DNA from: Neolecta irregularis DAH-3
Taxonomy: Eukaryota
Direction: 5' to 3'
Assembly: GCA_001929475.1 (NCBI GenBank)
Contig: LXFE01000467.1
Location: 1-32,608 of the forward strand
DNA: 32,608 nt
Position 1 is the first letter of the stretch; every line of letters starts with the position of its first letter. Made by a program: the position numbers and the translations under genes. This document shows positions 29,634 through 32,608 of the stretch, piece by piece. The notes under the pieces were generated by a model. It saw only the letters and a list, made by a program, of their open reading frames with translations. It did not search any database and had not been told where the DNA came from.

Positions 29634-30198
29634 ATGACTGGGAGCAGAAAACTTAGTATCTTACTTGTGGAAGAGTACTGTTCCCTCTTTTAATTGCTTA
29701 TTGTTCTATAGCAATAAGCTCAATATGATGGTAGCTATTAATCTGCTTAAATGGGAAGGCTTTGATGAAGTGGATGTTGCACATGATGGTGCCGAAGCCG
29801 TTGAGTATATCAAAATTTCAATATCAAAGTTTGACAAAGCAGGGCTTCGGGGGTGAAGTGTTACGATTTGATTTTGATGGATATCAATATGCCACGAATG
29901 GACGGGTTACAAGCAACTTCTCTTATTAGACAAACACAATCACCTCAGGGTTCATGTAAACCAAATTTTCAAATCTAATATCTAATATATAGCCCATATC
30001 GTGGCACTTACGGCAAATGCCATGTCTGGAGATCGCGATCTGTGTTTAACAGCTGGTTGTAATGACTATCTCACAAAACCCGTTAAATTGAACGAGTTGC
30101 AACGAATACTCAAATTCTGTATGAGTGATGCATTTAGAAAACGGCAAACAACAATTAAGCGGCAATCAAGTGACATTAGTGATAGGTATGTTAGTTAA
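29634..30198 (+). CDS. Stand-alone response-regulator receiver (REC/CheY-like) protein, about 150 aa, 4 exons
   Basis: [26 protein letters not shown]...[36 protein letters not shown]...|[30 protein letters not shown]. Introns 29675-29711, 29805-29842, about 29956-29992. All canonical REC residues are present. Confidence 0.88.
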
Positions 30199-31184
30199 CT
30201 TGAAGTAGAACCAGTGGATGAATCATAAAAACACAGTAACAAACCGAATCATTTTGACCATGGAATTTTATTTTAAACAAATATGGATAAATAGCGCGTT
30301 GAACATTTGAATCTTTTCAGGTTGCATTATAGGTTCATGTATGTGTTTAACGAGTCATATCTAGCAATATATTACTTCCATATGAATATTGATTTAATTT
30401 TGTTTGTACGTCAGAAACAATCATGGTTGATAATAATCTCAGCCCAGTTCCAGTGTTAGTTTCAAATTGTCAGTACGAATCCGTACATCGGTTTCTGCCA
30501 TTTGAAGGGGGCTCTTTGTTTTTCCAAAGATGGCAAATAGCTATGCAATGAACCTGTTAATCCGCTCAACTATGGCGGTGCTATCAGACGACCTGAATGT
30601 GGTAAGTCACGTCCATTGGTCACAAATTTGGAATGGATCACTTGCTTATCAGGTTATCTCCCACCTCCGCTCCATTCTACATCTTGACTCAGAAATTTCC
30701 ACTTTGTAAAACTCACCTCTACAGATCATGCGTCGCCTCAAATAATATACCTGCAGATCATCCGCCGCCCTCGTCCTTGTCACATGCCCTGCGGCCTCAC
30801 CGCATCGAAAGATCAGCGCCAGATTTACCAGAGCCCCGGAACTAAAGTCTCGTCTTAAGGCATACCAGAGCCTCGGAGCGCTTTTCCCTAACTCCAGCAG
30901 GTTTGAATGCAGATTGGAGACAAATGCAAGGACACCACCGCAATTTCCACGAAGCTTGATCCAAATAAAAGTTCGCTGCCCGGTATTTTGAAAGTCAAGA
31001 GGGCGATACTGTTATCTGGTCAAGTTATGCGGCGTATGTATTGACCTTTTCAACAGTCATGCTCAATACGGATCAAGATAACCCTCTAGTAAAGGTAAAT
31101 CTGTTATCAACTTGTGATTAATCTCAGAAAAAAATGGAACTCTGATTTTGCAATATATGTTCACTGAGGAATGACAACGAAGAT

Positions 31185-31340
31185 TTGCTAGATGATTTCC
31201 TGCGAGAAATATACCCTGCAATTCAAATACGCGAATCTGAAGAACACGATAATCAGGCTTTGTTCGATCTTGCATGGATGGAACTTCACAAGTCGACGGG
31301 TGCAGGAGATCTTACTATTAAACTGATACAAATTACCCCC
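31185..31340 (+). pseudogene. Degenerate WD40 fragment resembling Cdt2/DTL
   Basis: HDNQALFDLAWMELHKSTGAGDLTIKL resembles the Cdt2/DTL blade AH.NA(I/V)FDLAW......L.T.(A/S)GDQT.K. No complete gene can be built around it. Confidence 0.4.
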
Positions 31341-32088
31341 ATAGTTGCGATTTCAAGTCGCTTTGGCCTTGTAGTACGATGGACCATATCGTTTTATGTT
31401 TTTCACGAATTACCAGGCTCTCGCCTTCAACGACATTGAACCCTACTATTGACATTGAGGGAAATGGTGTCACCATTTCGGAACTCACTCTTTCCTTGGC
31501 CGGGATTTCAAAGCAGTTCGCGATGTTTGTACTTGCCTATGTTGTCATATAATTTTACTTTTATGATCCTGTAGCAGAATTGCTTATTGAGAACTCTAAT
31601 TGAGCTCATTATGCCATGATCGAGCGGTGCTTTAGATATTTGATAGTTGTCTTTGAAAAGGCCAGGAAAGATCTCTAGTGCAAATTTCTCAATTGACATT
31701 ACCAATTAATATGAGTGGTTTATTCGGAGGACTATTATATAGTGTATAGTATTGTGAAATCAAGGTGGTGGGAGCAATCAGTTTATATAATCATTAGTAA
31801 TAGGATAATACACTAGTGGGTGATTGTAAGCAGTGTTTGGAGTGATAATGTTATGGTTATGTTCTGGTAATGTGCGATTAGATGATAATAATGGTATCAT
31901 GATTATTGGGATGACGTCACCAACTGGCTCACAACGAAATCAAGATAATACGACGAAATCAGCAGTCTAAAAGAATACAACACAAATAGAGACACGATAC
32001 AATATGGGACATTGAAGATTTGCGGATGTAGAAACAGATATAGGGAATCGAGATGATTAGGTGTGATAGGGAGAGAGAGGAGTGTGAC

Positions 32089-32608
32089 ATGGACCAACAT
32101 TCGAGTTGGAGTGTTCATCCGCGCACAGCGATTCCATCGTACCCTACTCTAGCACCGTATGCTGTTCCTGATGAGGATATCAAAGGGTACCAGGAATGGA
32201 GGTAGGAGAAGAGAGGGGGCCAGTGGCTAATCAGAGGTATGAGAATCGACGGGAGATTCAAGAGATACTGCCCGGGATGTATTTGGGACCGCACTCGCAG
32301 ATCAAGCATACGGTTGAGCTTGGGGAGGTGGGGATTACAATGCTGATAGGGGTGTGTACGCCTACGACGCGGAGTTTTCTGCGGCCGCGAGTGGAGAGCG
32401 GGTTGAGGTTTGCGAGTGTGTGCATTGACGAGGGGTTTATTGTGCGGGGGGTTCCCGAGTTTAAGCGGCTAGTGGACGAGGAGATGGGCGGGTGTGGGGG
32501 CAAGGTGATGGTGTTTTGCGAGGACGGGAATACGCGGAGTGCAGCGATGTGTGTGGGGTACATTATGGAGACGAAGGGGTACGTGTTGGGGGGGGGGCAG
32601 CGGGGGGG
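32089..32608 (+). CDS. STYX-like dual-specificity phosphatase family protein, 5' part (runs off window); intron 32202-32236
   Basis: EWR|YENRREIQEILPGMYLGP...GIT...FLRP...GGKVMVFCEDGNTRSAAMCVGYIME matches the STYX-family pattern EW.Y.MRRE.QEILPGL.LGP...GGKVLV....G.SRSAA.V.AYIME. It is not listed in the ORF track. Confidence 0.88.

Noticed and set aside
30540-30665. IRRPECG|YL resembling the Rpb12 zinc ribbon
   Set aside because: A key cysteine is missing and the flanks do not match, so it is too short to support.
32115-32563. Minus-strand ORFs 32115-32309 and 32258-32563
   Set aside because: Antisense to the STYX-like gene on the + strand.

Overview
Fungal (ascomycete) nuclear DNA, gene-dense, with very short spliceosomal introns (mostly 33-45 nt). 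This looks like Taphrinomycotina (Neolecta-like), which is an inference from gene style only. I spliced genes by hand, and all family calls come from remembered motifs, not searches. Genes in order: EF-2; an AVT3/4-type transporter fragment; an intronless secreted PAN/apple-motif orphan; a Zn2Cys6 factor divergent from an amino-acid permease; an Ash1-type GATA factor; a conserved hypothetical; a TGL2-like lipase; two secreted Ser/Thr-rich proteins; a membrane DnaJ protein; a GH76 (DCW1/DFG5) enzyme; an intronless 305-aa protein resembling a miniature DCAF15; an HSPA12-type Hsp70 head-to-head with a coiled-coil protein; a stand-alone receiver-domain gene; a Cdt2-like relic; and the start of a STYX-like phosphatase. 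Two MITE-like elements, a hairpin and degenerate tandem repeats lie between genes. The best candidates for undescribed biology are the atypical Hsp70 plus putative GrpE/MIEAP-like partner cassette, the DCAF15-like protein, the lone response regulator, and relaxed splicing (three required GC-AG introns, many AAG/GAG acceptors, a 10-nt microexon holding the catalytic serine).
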